This document shows positions 18,484 to 28,554 of a stretch of 64,000 nucleotides of DNA, piece after piece. A model generated the notes under the pieces. The model searched no databases, was not told where the DNA came from, and worked only from the letters and a program-made list of their open reading frames with translations. How positions within the stretch are numbered: position 1 is the first letter of the stretch; the number at the start of each line of letters is the position of its first letter. A program made the position numbers and the translations under genes. Source of the DNA: Acidimicrobiaceae bacterium (lineage in GTDB: Bacteria; Actinomycetota; Acidimicrobiia; Acidimicrobiales; RAAP-2); assembly GCA_003152215.1 (NCBI GenBank), contig PLZP01000107.1, positions 75,395-139,394 on the forward strand, in the 5' to 3' direction.

Positions 18484-19707
18484 CTAAATCTTCCCCTGCT
18501 GCCAGAACGTGGGGCGCCATTTCATCAAGACGAGTACGCCGACGATGCACGCAATTCCACCTGACACGATGGAGAACTCGGTCGAAGAGTAGTTGGCGAC
18601 GACGCCGGACTCCACGTCACCGAGGCGCGGTCCGCCCGTGACCACTGCCATCTGTATTGACGAGATTCGACTGCGAAACTCGTCAGTGATGGCGTTCTGC
18701 AAGATGGTGTTGCGCAAGACCGTTGAGATGACATCCATCGCGCCGGCGACGCCGAGGCACGCCAGTCCGATCCAAACAATGTGGACCAGACCGAAAATGG
18801 TCATCGCCGCTCCCCAGGCGACGACGACCGCTGCGACGAGGCGACCTTGGCGGCGAACGCGAGCAATCCATCCCGTGATGACCGCCATGAGCAGCGCACC
18901 CACGCCCGGTGCCGCGTAGAGCAGTCCGAGGGTCCGTGGTCCTCCGTGGTAGAGGGTGAGTGCGACTGCGGGGAAGAGCGCTCGAGGTAGTCCAAAGACC
19001 ATGGCGTTCAGGTCGACGAGGTACACGGCTTGGACGACCGCGTGGCTACGTACGTAGCGAAATCCGTCGCCGATCGCGCGCAACATTCGTGTGCCGGAGT
19101 GCTCACCGGTGGCGGCCATCGCTGACATAAAGGACGTCAGCACCGTCAAGAGCGCAAAGGTGATCGCGTCAATTGTGTAGCAGGAGAAGAGACCGACGCT
19201 GGCGATTAGAACACCGGCGAGGGCCGGACCAATGACCGCTGCGGAGTTCACCGCGACTTGGTTGAGCGAGTACGATGCCACGAGTTCCTCGGGCTTCACA
19301 AGTTTGGGAATTGCGGCGGTGCGCAGGGGACCAGAGAATCCGGCGAAGCCGGCCGAGAGAGCGGCGAGGAGGAGAAGAAAGACCAAATGGCGGTCGTGCA
19401 AGCCCGCGTTTACGGCAAGGCCGGCACTCGTAAGGCCTAGGACGACTGAACTCAGCAACATCAACACGCGTTTGTCGTAACGGTCACCCATGGCGCCGCC
19501 CCAGAGAGCGCCGGTGATGAGGAAGGGCAGTTGGATAAGACTCGCGAGTCCCACCCACAGACTGGAGTGCGTCTGGCTGTAGACCTGGAAGGGCACTGCG
19601 ACGACGGTCAGGTTACTGCCGAGTAGCGAGACGACTTGCCCGGAATACAACAATCGAAAGTCGCGGTTCTGGCGCAGCGGACCTACATCAACGAGTAGCC
19701 GGGGCAC
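18484..19707 (-). CDS. MFS transporter (EntS/DHA3-like)
   Basis: LRQNRDFRLLYSGQVVSLLGSNLT, about 12 TM segments, GGPRLGD motif. Confidence 0.87.
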   Translation of the reverse strand: MPRLLVDVGPLRQNRDFRLLYSGQVVSLLGSNLTVVAVPFQVYSQTHSSLWVGLASLIQLPFLITGALWGGAMGDRYDKRVLMLLSSVVLGLTSAGLAVNAGLHDRHLVFLLLLAALSAGFAGFSGPLRTAAIPKLVKPEELVASYSLNQVAVNSAAVIGPALAGVLIASVGLFSCYTIDAITFALLTVLTSFMSAMAATGEHSGTRMLRAIGDGFRYVRSHAVVQAVYLVDLNAMVFGLPRALFPAVALTLYHGGPRTLGLLYAAPGVGALLMAVITGWIARVRRQGRLVAAVVVAWGAAMTIFGLVHIVWIGLACLGVAGAMDVISTVLRNTILQNAITDEFRSRISSIQMAVVTGGPRLGDVESGVVANYSSTEFSIVSGGIACIVGVLVLMKWRPTFWQQGKI

Positions 19708-19760
19708 CCATTCATGGTAGAGGGATAGTGTAATTCCGGGGGTATCGCGAAGGAGTGTCG

Positions 19761-20828
19761 ATGATCGACGAAGAACTTGTTCAACTGCTGACGCCCGAGG
19801 GCGAACGCGTTGAGAGCTCGGACTACGAGTCGACGCTGAACGGCGACGAGATCTTCGGACTGTACCGCGACATGGTCATCATTCGACGCCTGTGCAACGA
19901 GTCGACCTCGCTGCAGCGTCAGGGTCAGCTCGCACTCTGGGCACCCATTCAAGGTCAAGAGGCCGCCCAAATCGGTGCCGGAAGGGCCCTCGCACCCGGG
20001 GACTTCACGTTTCCGACCTATCGCGAGCACGGCATTGCGTGGTGTCGTGGCGTTCCACCCGCGGACATGCTTCGCCTCTTTCGCGCAGTGAGCAACGGTG
20101 GCTGGGATCCTCAGAAATACCGCCATTCTGTCCCCACGGTCGTGCTCGGCAGCCAGTGTCTCCACGCCGTGGGCTACGCCATGGGCATTCAGCGCGACGG
20201 CGCGGAGGAGGCCTCGATGGCCTTCTTTGGTGACGGCGCTTCGAGCCAGGGTGACGTGCTGGAAGCCTTTGTATGGGCCGCGTCGTTCAACGCGCCCGTT
20301 GTCTTCTTCTGTCAGAACAACCAGTGGGGCATTTCGACCCCCTCGTCCGTGCAGTCAAAAATTCCGCTGTATCACCGCGCGCACGGCTTTGGGTTTCCCG
20401 GCGTGCGGGTCGACGGCAATGACGTGCTCGCGGTCTACGAAGTGAGCAAGCGAGCGCTTGAGAGTGCTCGCGTCGGTGGCGGGCCAACGTTGATAGAGGC
20501 CTATACGTATCGAATTGGCGCGCACACCACGTCCGACGACCCCACGCGTTATCGCATCGACGCGGAGGTGGAAGTTTGGAAGCATCGTGACCCGGTCGAG
20601 CGTGTGAAGGCGCTGCTGGCACGCGAGTACAAAGTGAAGAATGTTGATTTCGACACCGTTTCGCAAGAGGCTGACACCATGGCGCTGCAGCTTCGCGAAG
20701 ACGTGTTGGCGATGAGCCGGCCCGACCCGATTTCGATGTTCGACAATGCCTACGCAGCACCACACCCGCTGATTGAAGAGGGTCGCCGCGAGATGATCGA
20801 CCTAGGGATTAGCGGGGGTGCCCTCTAG
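19761..20828 (+). CDS. pdhA: 2-oxoacid (pyruvate/branched-chain) dehydrogenase E1 alpha
   Basis: LQRQGQL, GQEAAQIG, ThDP motif FFGDGASSQGD..QNNQWGIS, HTTSDDPTRYR. Confidence 0.88.
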   Translation: MIDEELVQLLTPEGERVESSDYESTLNGDEIFGLYRDMVIIRRLCNESTSLQRQGQLALWAPIQGQEAAQIGAGRALAPGDFTFPTYREHGIAWCRGVPPADMLRLFRAVSNGGWDPQKYRHSVPTVVLGSQCLHAVGYAMGIQRDGAEEASMAFFGDGASSQGDVLEAFVWAASFNAPVVFFCQNNQWGISTPSSVQSKIPLYHRAHGFGFPGVRVDGNDVLAVYEVSKRALESARVGGGPTLIEAYTYRIGAHTTSDDPTRYRIDAEVEVWKHRDPVERVKALLAREYKVKNVDFDTVSQEADTMALQLREDVLAMSRPDPISMFDNAYAAPHPLIEEGRREMIDLGISGGAL

Positions 20829-21814
20829 TGACCACCACGACCATGACCATGGCCAAGGCGCTCAACGAAGGCCTGCGCCGCGCAATGGAGAAGAACCCCA
20901 AGGTCCTTTTGATGGGCGAAGACATTGGTCGCCTCGGTGGCGTCTTTCGGATCACCGACGGACTGCAGAAGGACTTTGGCGAAGACCGCGTCATCGACTC
21001 ACCGCTCGCGGAGTCAGCCATTGTCGGCACCGCCGTTGGTCTGGCGATCCGTGGCTACCGGGCGGTGTGCGAGATCCAGTTCGACGGATTCGTCTATCCG
21101 GCGTTCGACCAGATCGTCTCCCAAGTTGCCAAGCTCCACAAACGATCTGACGGTGCGTACATCATGGGCATGGTGATTCGCATCCCCTTTCAAGGTGGCA
21201 TCGGTGCAATCGAGCACCACTCGGAGAGCCCCGAGCCGTACTTCTCCCAGACCGCCGGTCTGCGCGTGGTGTCGTGCTCGACGCCGAACGACGCCTACTG
21301 GATGATTCAGCAGTCAATCGAGCACGACGACCCGATTATCTTCTGTGAGCCCAAGAGCCGCTACTGGGAGAAGGGCGAGGTCGACCTCGAGACGCCGCCG
21401 GCCGGTCTCTTTGACGCACTCGTTCGCCGCGAGGGCACTGACGTCACGCTTATTGGCTACGGCGCGTCGGTGAAGACGTGTCTTCGCGCCGCCGAGACCG
21501 CCCAGGTCGAGGGAACGTCCATCGAAGTGATCGACGCGCGCTCGATTGCGCCGCTCGACATTGAGTTGATGGCCAAGTCGGTTGAGAAGACGGGCCGCGT
21601 CGTCGTCGTCCAAGAGTCGCCGCACACCGCGTCGGTCGGCTCTGAGATCGTGTCGGAACTGACGCAGCGTTGCTTTTACTCCCTGCGCGCCCCGGGGCTT
21701 CGCGTGAGTGGCTACCACGTGCCGTACCCGCCCACGCGGATCGAGGAGGACTACCGTCCGTCCGTCGATCGCATCCTGGACGCCGTTGACCGAGTGATGG
21801 GATTTGAGAGTTGA
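20828..21814 (+). CDS. pdhB: 2-oxoacid dehydrogenase E1 beta
   Basis: GEDIGRLGGVFRITDGLQKDFG, DSPLAESAI, EIQFDGF and HHSESPE motifs. Confidence 0.88.
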   Translation: MTTTTMTMAKALNEGLRRAMEKNPKVLLMGEDIGRLGGVFRITDGLQKDFGEDRVIDSPLAESAIVGTAVGLAIRGYRAVCEIQFDGFVYPAFDQIVSQVAKLHKRSDGAYIMGMVIRIPFQGGIGAIEHHSESPEPYFSQTAGLRVVSCSTPNDAYWMIQQSIEHDDPIIFCEPKSRYWEKGEVDLETPPAGLFDALVRREGTDVTLIGYGASVKTCLRAAETAQVEGTSIEVIDARSIAPLDIELMAKSVEKTGRVVVVQESPHTASVGSEIVSELTQRCFYSLRAPGLRVSGYHVPYPPTRIEEDYRPSVDRILDAVDRVMGFES

Positions 21815-23229
21815 GCGAAGAGATCTTCTTGCTACCCGACGTCGGTGAAGGTTTGACCGAAGCCGAGATCGTCACGTGGAAGGTGGCCGTCGGCGACGTC
21901 GTCACACTGAACCAACCGCTCGTCGACATCGAAACGGCCAAAGCGACCGTCGAACTTCCGAGTCCCTACGCCGGCACGGTGGTCGCGTTGCACGGGAACG
22001 TCGGTGACGTGCTCGAAGTACACAAGCCGCTCATCACGTTCGAAATCGGTGGCGGCGCGAGCGCCGCCCCCGCGGCGACAACGCAGGCCGCCCCGCCGAC
22101 CTCGACGGAGGCCGCACCCGCTGGCGCGACGTCGGACAAGACCGAGGGTTCCGTTGGAGAAGGTCGCGAGGCCGTCCTCATTGGCTACGGCGTCGCGAAC
22201 GAAGACGCCGTCGTTACGCGCAAGCACCGTCGTCAAGGCGCCGCGCCAACTGCGCCCGCGCCCGCGGCGCCCGCTGCAGTCTCAGTCGCCCCGCTTTCGG
22301 AGGTTGCGCCGCGCTCGACCCCGCCAGTTCGTCTTTACGCCAAGCAGCACGGCCTGGACATCTCGTCACTCTCGGGCACGGGGCGCGACGGACTGATCAC
22401 GCGCGACGACGTCGAGCAGGCGCTCTCGGGAACGCCGAGTGCCCCGGCACGCGTCAGTGCGCCAATCACGGGTCCGAACACGACGTCGCGTTTCGTTGGT
22501 CGTGACCTGGAGTCCTGGTCGACCGGTCCCAAGGAGGAGCGCATCCCCGTGAAGGGCGTGCTTCGCTCGATGGCCGAGGCCATGGTCCAGAGCGCCTTCA
22601 CGCAACCTCGCGCGGCGGTGTGGGTACGCGTTGACGCCTCGAGGACAATGGACCTCTTGGCGTCACTCAAGAACCAGCCGAGTCTCGCGGGCGTTCGACT
22701 CTCACCGCTCACCATCGTGGCATTGGCCGTCTGTGACGCCGCGCGCCACTTTCCGGGCCTCAACTCCAGCTTTGACGCCGCGGCCAATGAAGTGGTCGTT
22801 CGACGTAGCGTCAACCTCGGCATCGCCGCCAACACACCTCGAGGACTCATCGTTCCCAACATCAAGGGTGCGGATCAGCTGGACCTCGTGGGCATGGCCA
22901 CCGCCTTAACCGTGCTGGTCGACAAGGCCCGCCAGGGCACAACGACACCCAACGAGATGATCGGCACGACACTGAGCATCACGAATGTCGGACCATTCGG
23001 CGTCGACGCCGCCATTCCAATCCTTCCACCGGGCACCGGAGCGATCCTGGCGGTCGGTCAGATCGCGAAGGCTCCGTGGGTGGTCGACGACGAGGTCGTG
23101 GTTCGACAGGTGGTCGAGTTAGCAATGGCCTTCGACCATCGCCAAGTTGACGGCGCCATGGCGTCGGCGGTGTTGGCCCACATCGGTCGGTTCCTCAACG
23201 ACCCGGCGCCCGCGATAATCGCCGGTTAG
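21811..23229 (+). CDS. pdhC: dihydrolipoamide acyltransferase E2
   Basis: Lipoyl domain LPDVGEGLTEAEI..IETAKA, E3-binding GTGRDGLIT, catalytic FDHRQVDG. Confidence 0.85.
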   Translation: MSEEIFLLPDVGEGLTEAEIVTWKVAVGDVVTLNQPLVDIETAKATVELPSPYAGTVVALHGNVGDVLEVHKPLITFEIGGGASAAPAATTQAAPPTSTEAAPAGATSDKTEGSVGEGREAVLIGYGVANEDAVVTRKHRRQGAAPTAPAPAAPAAVSVAPLSEVAPRSTPPVRLYAKQHGLDISSLSGTGRDGLITRDDVEQALSGTPSAPARVSAPITGPNTTSRFVGRDLESWSTGPKEERIPVKGVLRSMAEAMVQSAFTQPRAAVWVRVDASRTMDLLASLKNQPSLAGVRLSPLTIVALAVCDAARHFPGLNSSFDAAANEVVVRRSVNLGIAANTPRGLIVPNIKGADQLDLVGMATALTVLVDKARQGTTTPNEMIGTTLSITNVGPFGVDAAIPILPPGTGAILAVGQIAKAPWVVDDEVVVRQVVELAMAFDHRQVDGAMASAVLAHIGRFLNDPAPAIIAG

Positions 23230-23681
23230 GCCTTCAACTTTCGTAGTGCGTCGAGCGCACGATCGGCGTGGGTGTTCATATTCATCTCGCTCGAGATGAC
23301 GTCGAGCACCCGTCGGTCTTGGCCGATGACGAACGTCGTGCGCTTGACCTTCAACAGATCGAGGGACCGCTTCACGCCGTAGCTCTTGGCGACGTCGCCA
23401 CCGACGTCAGCGAGCAGGGGATAGTCCAAGTTGTTCTTCGTCGTGAACTCCGACTGCTTCGCAACCGAGTCCATCGAGATGCCGAGTCGTTGGCCACCGA
23501 GCGTCGAGAACTCCGAGCCGAGATCGCGAAAGTGACACGACTCCTTGGTGCATCCCTTGGTCATTGCCGCGGGGTAAAAGAAGAGCACGACGGGACCACT
23601 GAGCAACATGGTCGAGAGGGTGCGCTCATTACCCTCCTGGTCGTCGAGTTTGAAGTCCGGTGCGAGGTCGCCTGTCTCCAT
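23226..23681 (-). CDS. bcp: peroxiredoxin Bcp/PrxQ
   Basis: FFYPAAMTKGCTKESCHFRD, KRTTFVIG. Confidence 0.88.
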   Translation of the reverse strand: METGDLAPDFKLDDQEGNERTLSTMLLSGPVVLFFYPAAMTKGCTKESCHFRDLGSEFSTLGGQRLGISMDSVAKQSEFTTKNNLDYPLLADVGGDVAKSYGVKRSLDLLKVKRTTFVIGQDRRVLDVISSEMNMNTHADRALDALRKLKA

Positions 23682-23690
23682 GGGAGCAGG

Positions 23691-24383
23691 TTACGGGTCG
23701 AGTCGAAAACCTACGCCACGGATGGTAATGAGGTGAACGGGATTGGCGGGGTCGGCCTCGATCTTCTGTCGCAGTCGCTTGACGTGGGTGTCCAGCGTGC
23801 GCGTGTCGGAAAGCTCAAGTCCCCACCAAAGCGTGTCGAGGCAGACCTCGCGCGTCACGACCTGACCAAGTCGAGAGGCGAAAAGGGCCAGGAGATCGAA
23901 CTCTTTGCGGCTGAGCTCAATTTCGGTGCCCAGTCGGGTGACGGTTCGACGTACGAAATCGATGCGCAGTTCGCCGAACGTGACGATCTCATCGTCAGTG
24001 TTCGTGAGTGGCCGACGAAGGACCGCGCGGATGCGAGCAATCAGTTCGCGGAGTCGAAATGGCTTTGTGACGTAGTCCGCGGCGCCAATCTCGAGCCCGA
24101 GGACGACATCAACTTCGCTCGAGCGCGCGGTGACCATGATCACGGGCGTACGGGTCGAGTCGTAGAGCTCACGGCAGTAGTCAATGCCAGAGCCGTCGGG
24201 CAACATGATGTCGAGCAGTACGAGGTCGGGCTTCGCTGACGTCATCAGTTGACGAGCCTGGGCGATGTTGGTCGCACCAACGACAACGAAGCCCTCCACG
24301 GTGAGCCCAATATTGAGGGCGTCCTGGTAACTCTCTTCATCCTCGACGACGAGGATGACGCTGCGACTCTCACTATCGGACAC
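23691..24383 (-). CDS. OmpR/PhoB-family response regulator, RegX3-like (orphan)
   Basis: ILVVEDEES, LLDIMLPD, GLEIGAADYVTKPF, DTRTLDTHVKRLRQKIEADPANPVHLITIRGVG. Confidence 0.9.
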   Translation of the reverse strand: MSDSESRSVILVVEDEESYQDALNIGLTVEGFVVVGATNIAQARQLMTSAKPDLVLLDIMLPDGSGIDYCRELYDSTRTPVIMVTARSSEVDVVLGLEIGAADYVTKPFRLRELIARIRAVLRRPLTNTDDEIVTFGELRIDFVRRTVTRLGTEIELSRKEFDLLALFASRLGQVVTREVCLDTLWWGLELSDTRTLDTHVKRLRQKIEADPANPVHLITIRGVGFRLDP

Positions 24384-24628
24384 GAGGACCCTTCTGTGAA
24401 CGTGCAACCTTGATGCTGCGAGGGGCGGCACTGTTCGATATCAGAGGGGAGGTGTGAGATCGTACGCGTGCCACAACGTCAACGTAAGTAGGCAGGGTTA
24501 CCGCAACGTGAACCGTTCGCAATCGCGAGGTGTTCATCGGATGAATCTTCTTCGGCGCGCCTCGAGAGACCGTCAAAAGTGGTGGATTCCTTGATTTAGA
24601 GTTGGGCAGACCAAAGGATGGAGAGCCA

Positions 24629-25549
24629 ATGAGTGAACCGACAGTGAAGATCAGTCGCGACGAACACGTGTGGTCCTTCGACGCAGAGCGACAGCCCGTG
24701 GTGACCGTGGATCCGGGAACCGTCATCGAGATTGAAACGTGGGACTGCTTTACGGGTCAGGTCCAGAGCGAGAGCGACACGCTGGAGCATCTGGACCTCG
24801 CGCGCGTCAACAGTGCGACGGGGCCAATCGCCGTTCGCGGGGCCGAACTCGGTGACACACTTTCGGTCACCTTGCTTGACATTCGACCTGGCCTCAAAGG
24901 CGCGGCGATGTGCATTCCGGAATGGGGACAACTGATTGACTCCGTGCAGTCCCCGACGACGCGAATGTTTCACGTCGAGAACGGCGTCGTCACAATGAAC
25001 GAGAACGTTTCATTCCCGGTCCGACCGATGTTCGGCGTCGTGGGCGTCTCTCCCGCGTCGGGTGACATCTCAACGTTCTTCGCTGATCGACACGGCGGCA
25101 ACATGGATGACCACGTGAACGGCATCGGCGCGACAATCCACCTTCCGGTCTTTCAACCTGGTGGTCAGCTGGCAATTGGTGATATGCACGCGTCGATGGG
25201 TGACGGCGAGATCTCGGGCACGGGTGTCGAGATTGGCGGCATCGGCATCATCAAGGTCGACCTCATCAAGGGTAAGTGCGGTGGCTGGCCAATCACTGAG
25301 ACGGCCGATGCGTTCTACACGCACGGCACATCGATCGGCGACCTGGACGAGGCGCTGAAGTCAGCGTGCGAAGAGGCGTCGAAATTACTCGTGGATGAGT
25401 GGGGATTTTCGCGCGAGGACGCGTTCATGTTTCTCTCGGTCGCCGGTGACCTTGGCATTGCGCAGTACTGCCACCCCTCGCCTGGCAGCGTCATCGCGCG
25501 GATGCGCGTGCCGAAACTGCGCTCGAATCCGACGCCCTTTCGTCTTTAA
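24629..25549 (+). CDS. acetamidase/formamidase-family protein
   Basis: NSATGPIAVRGA..GDTLSV, HGGNMD and GDMHASMGDGEISGTGVE motifs. Confidence 0.9.
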   Translation: MSEPTVKISRDEHVWSFDAERQPVVTVDPGTVIEIETWDCFTGQVQSESDTLEHLDLARVNSATGPIAVRGAELGDTLSVTLLDIRPGLKGAAMCIPEWGQLIDSVQSPTTRMFHVENGVVTMNENVSFPVRPMFGVVGVSPASGDISTFFADRHGGNMDDHVNGIGATIHLPVFQPGGQLAIGDMHASMGDGEISGTGVEIGGIGIIKVDLIKGKCGGWPITETADAFYTHGTSIGDLDEALKSACEEASKLLVDEWGFSREDAFMFLSVAGDLGIAQYCHPSPGSVIARMRVPKLRSNPTPFRL

Positions 25550-27001
25550 CTACGACGTAGAGACGGTAAAGCCTTCGTAGGTGGTCGCGGTCTTCAAGTA
25601 ACTTCCAGTCGCAGTGCACGGACCGGTCCGGTGGCACACCAGTCCATAGACGCCTCCATCGATGCCGACCGACGTCGCGCCCGTGGGCAACGCGATCTTT
25701 TGCCCGACCTGCCACGTGTTCGACACTTCATTGACCACCAGGGCCTGGTATCGGCTCGAGCCATCGAAGTAGGCCGCGCCCGCACTGCAGTCGCCCGCGG
25801 AACGGCACGAGACGGCGACCACGCCACCGTTCTTCCCCGCCATGAGTGCGCCACTTGGCAACATCATCTGCGTCGCGGGTTGCCAAACACCGTTCACTTC
25901 ATTGATGAAAAATCCTTCATACTGCGTGGTGCCGACGAGGTACTGGCCGCCCGCGCTGCAGTTGCCAATGGACGCGCACGCCAGGCCGCCGTATCCGTAG
26001 AAGAACGTGTGCGGATTCGTTGCCGCGTCCGTCGGCATCGTCATCGCGAGTGCCTGCTGCCACGTCCCCTTTGACTCGGTAACCGTGAACCCCTCGTTTT
26101 GGCCGGTGACGTTGGTGTAGGTGCCAAGCGCAGTGCAGTTCGCGACCGAGACGCACGCTACCTCGCTGACGTCCGCAACGGGATAGGCGTTCGCGTTCGC
26201 GGGCAGCGCGACGGTGAGTCCCCGCGTCCACGTTGCGTTGACGCCGTTAACGGCGAGTCCTTGCGTCGTGCCATTGGCGCCCACGTAGGAGCCGACGCCG
26301 ACGCAATGGCCCTTCGTGCAGGTGATCTGGTTGAGTAGTGCGTAAGGGTTTGCATTGGCGTCGGCGGGAAGTCTCACCTCCTGCGCTCGGGTCCACGCGC
26401 CGCGCACTTCGTTGACGACCATCCCTTCGGAGTGGCCAACTGGCTGGGTTCCGTCGAGATAACTTCCGACCGCGCTACAGTTCCCCGCCGACCAGCACGA
26501 GACCGAGTGCACTTCGCTGAGTTGCGTGGCTCCCTTGGCGTTCGCGGGAAGCACTACCTCGCGCGCACGTTGCCACACCCCTCGCACTTCGCCGACCACG
26601 AAGCTTTGCGCGTAATTCTTGCCGTCGTCGTAGCTCCCTACCGCGACACATTCGCCCACCGCGCCGCAGGAGATTGAGTTGACGGTCAATCCCGGGTCAC
26701 TCGCCGACCCACTGGGCGCGATCAGTTTGGTCGGTGCGGTCCACACGCCTCGCACTTCATTGAGGACGAGACCCTGTGTGTGGCTACTGGCGTCATCGTA
26801 GGCGCCTCCAGCGCTGCAGTTGCCTGCGGACGCACACCCGAGCGCCGGTAGGAAACCCGAAGGGAGACCGGTGGCGCCGCTCGGAAGACTCGCGACTTTT
26901 GCCACGTCCCATCGCGGAGTCGTACTCGTGGCGCCTGCGGGCACCACGAAGGCGAGCGTGAGGAGTGAACACAGCACCACAGCGGCTCGTTTCCACTTCA
27001 T
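25550..27001 (-). CDS. secreted protein with 8 Cys-paired repeats, predicted beta-propeller
   Basis: Signal peptide MKWKRAAVVLCSLLTLAFVVPAGA; repeats of about 57 aa, C-x4/5-C-xAxGxY..G.V.NE..G.W..LP. Confidence 0.8.
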   Translation of the reverse strand: MKWKRAAVVLCSLLTLAFVVPAGATSTTPRWDVAKVASLPSGATGLPSGFLPALGCASAGNCSAGGAYDDASSHTQGLVLNEVRGVWTAPTKLIAPSGSASDPGLTVNSISCGAVGECVAVGSYDDGKNYAQSFVVGEVRGVWQRAREVVLPANAKGATQLSEVHSVSCWSAGNCSAVGSYLDGTQPVGHSEGMVVNEVRGAWTRAQEVRLPADANANPYALLNQITCTKGHCVGVGSYVGANGTTQGLAVNGVNATWTRGLTVALPANANAYPVADVSEVACVSVANCTALGTYTNVTGQNEGFTVTESKGTWQQALAMTMPTDAATNPHTFFYGYGGLACASIGNCSAGGQYLVGTTQYEGFFINEVNGVWQPATQMMLPSGALMAGKNGGVVAVSCRSAGDCSAGAAYFDGSSRYQALVVNEVSNTWQVGQKIALPTGATSVGIDGGVYGLVCHRTGPCTATGSYLKTATTYEGFTVSTS

Positions 27002-27217
27002 TTGCAGTACTCCACTGGCTAGGTAAATGACACTTGACCGACCCACCTCTTCGATGCGATGAAGGTGCGCGGATGGAACCCTGACGTCCATTCAGTATAA
27101 GAAAGGCGAAATCGTGGCAGTAGGCGAGAACGCGTACATGCAAAGGCTTTAAGGAATTCTTATTTCAATCACGACGAAGTGAACAAGGGCGTCACCATCG
27201 GATCGCCGCGACCACTT

Positions 27218-27415
27218 CTACAAAGGACGATTGCCCCCATAGCCATCGGCGATGGTTTTGCACTTGATGCAGAGCGTGCGAAAGTAGCCCTGGCCGACCG
27301 CCGCGGTGCCGCGTTTACGAAGTTCTTCGCCCACTGGGCAGTTGGACTGATTGTGAAACACCAGTTCGTCGACGTCTTCGGTGCCGGTTGAGTGAAAATC
27401 AGGAACCTTTGACAT
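27218..27415 (-). CDS. 65-aa hypothetical protein with H-x4-C..CxxC putative Zn site
   Basis: MSKVPDFHSTGTEDVDELVFHNQSNCPVGEELRKRGTAAVGQGYFRTLCIKCKTIADGYGGNRPL; G-rich RBS-like sequence upstream. Confidence 0.6.
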   Translation of the reverse strand: MSKVPDFHSTGTEDVDELVFHNQSNCPVGEELRKRGTAAVGQGYFRTLCIKCKTIADGYGGNRPL

Positions 27416-27513
27416 CGACCACCCCCAAGGTTTGGCCATCGAGGCCGTAGATAACCGGAGCGTAGCGCGTGTACCGTGATACTCGGATGTCGCGCTGCGA
27501 CGTAAGGGGAATG

Positions 27514-28530
27514 ATGAGTAACGAGCCGGCGATCGACATTCGAGGCGTCGCGAAGTCATTCGGACCGACGACCGTGCTGCACGACATCAACCTCGAAGTT
27601 CTCGATGGGGAGTTCTTTACAATGCTCGGGCCGTCGGGCTCTGGCAAGACGACGCTGTTGCGAATGGTCGCCGGTTTCGAGACGCCGGATCGTGGCGAGA
27701 TTCGTCTACACGGCGACGAGGTGACCCAGCGCCCGGCACACCTCCGTCCGGTGAACACGGTCTTTCAGGACTACGCCCTCTTTCCGCACATGGACGTCGT
27801 CACGAACGTCGAGTACGGCCTGCGTGTCGCGGGGGTGAAGCGTGGCGTGCGCCGAGAGCGGGCCAATGCAGCCTTGGCGATGGTCCGTCTCGAAGGATTT
27901 AGCGAACGTCGCCCGGCGCAACTTTCGGGTGGACAACGCCAACGGGTCGCACTCGCTCGAGCGATTGTCAATGAACCTAGTGTGCTCCTGCTCGACGAGC
28001 CGCTCGGTGCGCTCGACCTCAAACTTCGCCAGGAGATGCAAACCGAACTGAAGGCCATCCAGCGTCGAATTGGCATCACCTTTGTCTATGTCACCCATGA
28101 TCAGGAAGAGGCGATGGCGATGAGCGACCGAATCGCCATCATGAACCAGGGAGTCATTGAGCAGGTCGGTACGCCGAGGGAGATCTACGAACTTCCTTCG
28201 ACGGCTTTCGTCGCGAGTTTCATCGGTACATCGAACGTCATTGTTCGCAACGGCCGAACGCAGTCGTTACGTCCCGAGCGGCTACGCCTGCTGGGTGCGG
28301 GAACCAAGGTGCCTGAAGGCTCGAACGCCGAAGCGGGCACCGTGACGGACGTGATGTACCTGGGGATGATGACTCGGATATTCGTCCACCTCGACAGTGG
28401 GGATGACATCGTCGCGGTGCGGACGAATGACGATAGCGCTGGCGGGGCGACCGACGTCGAAACCGGCGCGCACATCGTTGTCGCGTGGCGTCCCGAGGAC
28501 GCCTTTGCACTGGAGTCCGAACTAGTCTGA
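27514..28530 (+). CDS. polyamine-type ABC ATP-binding protein (PotA-like)
   Basis: GPSGSGKTT, VNTVFQDYALFPHM, LSGGQRQR, LDEPLGALDLKLR, TOBE C-terminus. Confidence 0.88.
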   Translation: MSNEPAIDIRGVAKSFGPTTVLHDINLEVLDGEFFTMLGPSGSGKTTLLRMVAGFETPDRGEIRLHGDEVTQRPAHLRPVNTVFQDYALFPHMDVVTNVEYGLRVAGVKRGVRRERANAALAMVRLEGFSERRPAQLSGGQRQRVALARAIVNEPSVLLLDEPLGALDLKLRQEMQTELKAIQRRIGITFVYVTHDQEEAMAMSDRIAIMNQGVIEQVGTPREIYELPSTAFVASFIGTSNVIVRNGRTQSLRPERLRLLGAGTKVPEGSNAEAGTVTDVMYLGMMTRIFVHLDSGDDIVAVRTNDDSAGGATDVETGAHIVVAWRPEDAFALESELV

Positions 28531-28554
28531 GCACCAATGCTGGGAAACGAGGGG

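Noticed and set aside
19761-23229. Missing E3 (lpd) in the 2-oxoacid dehydrogenase operon
   Set aside because: Common in Actinobacteria, where lpd is shared and encoded elsewhere
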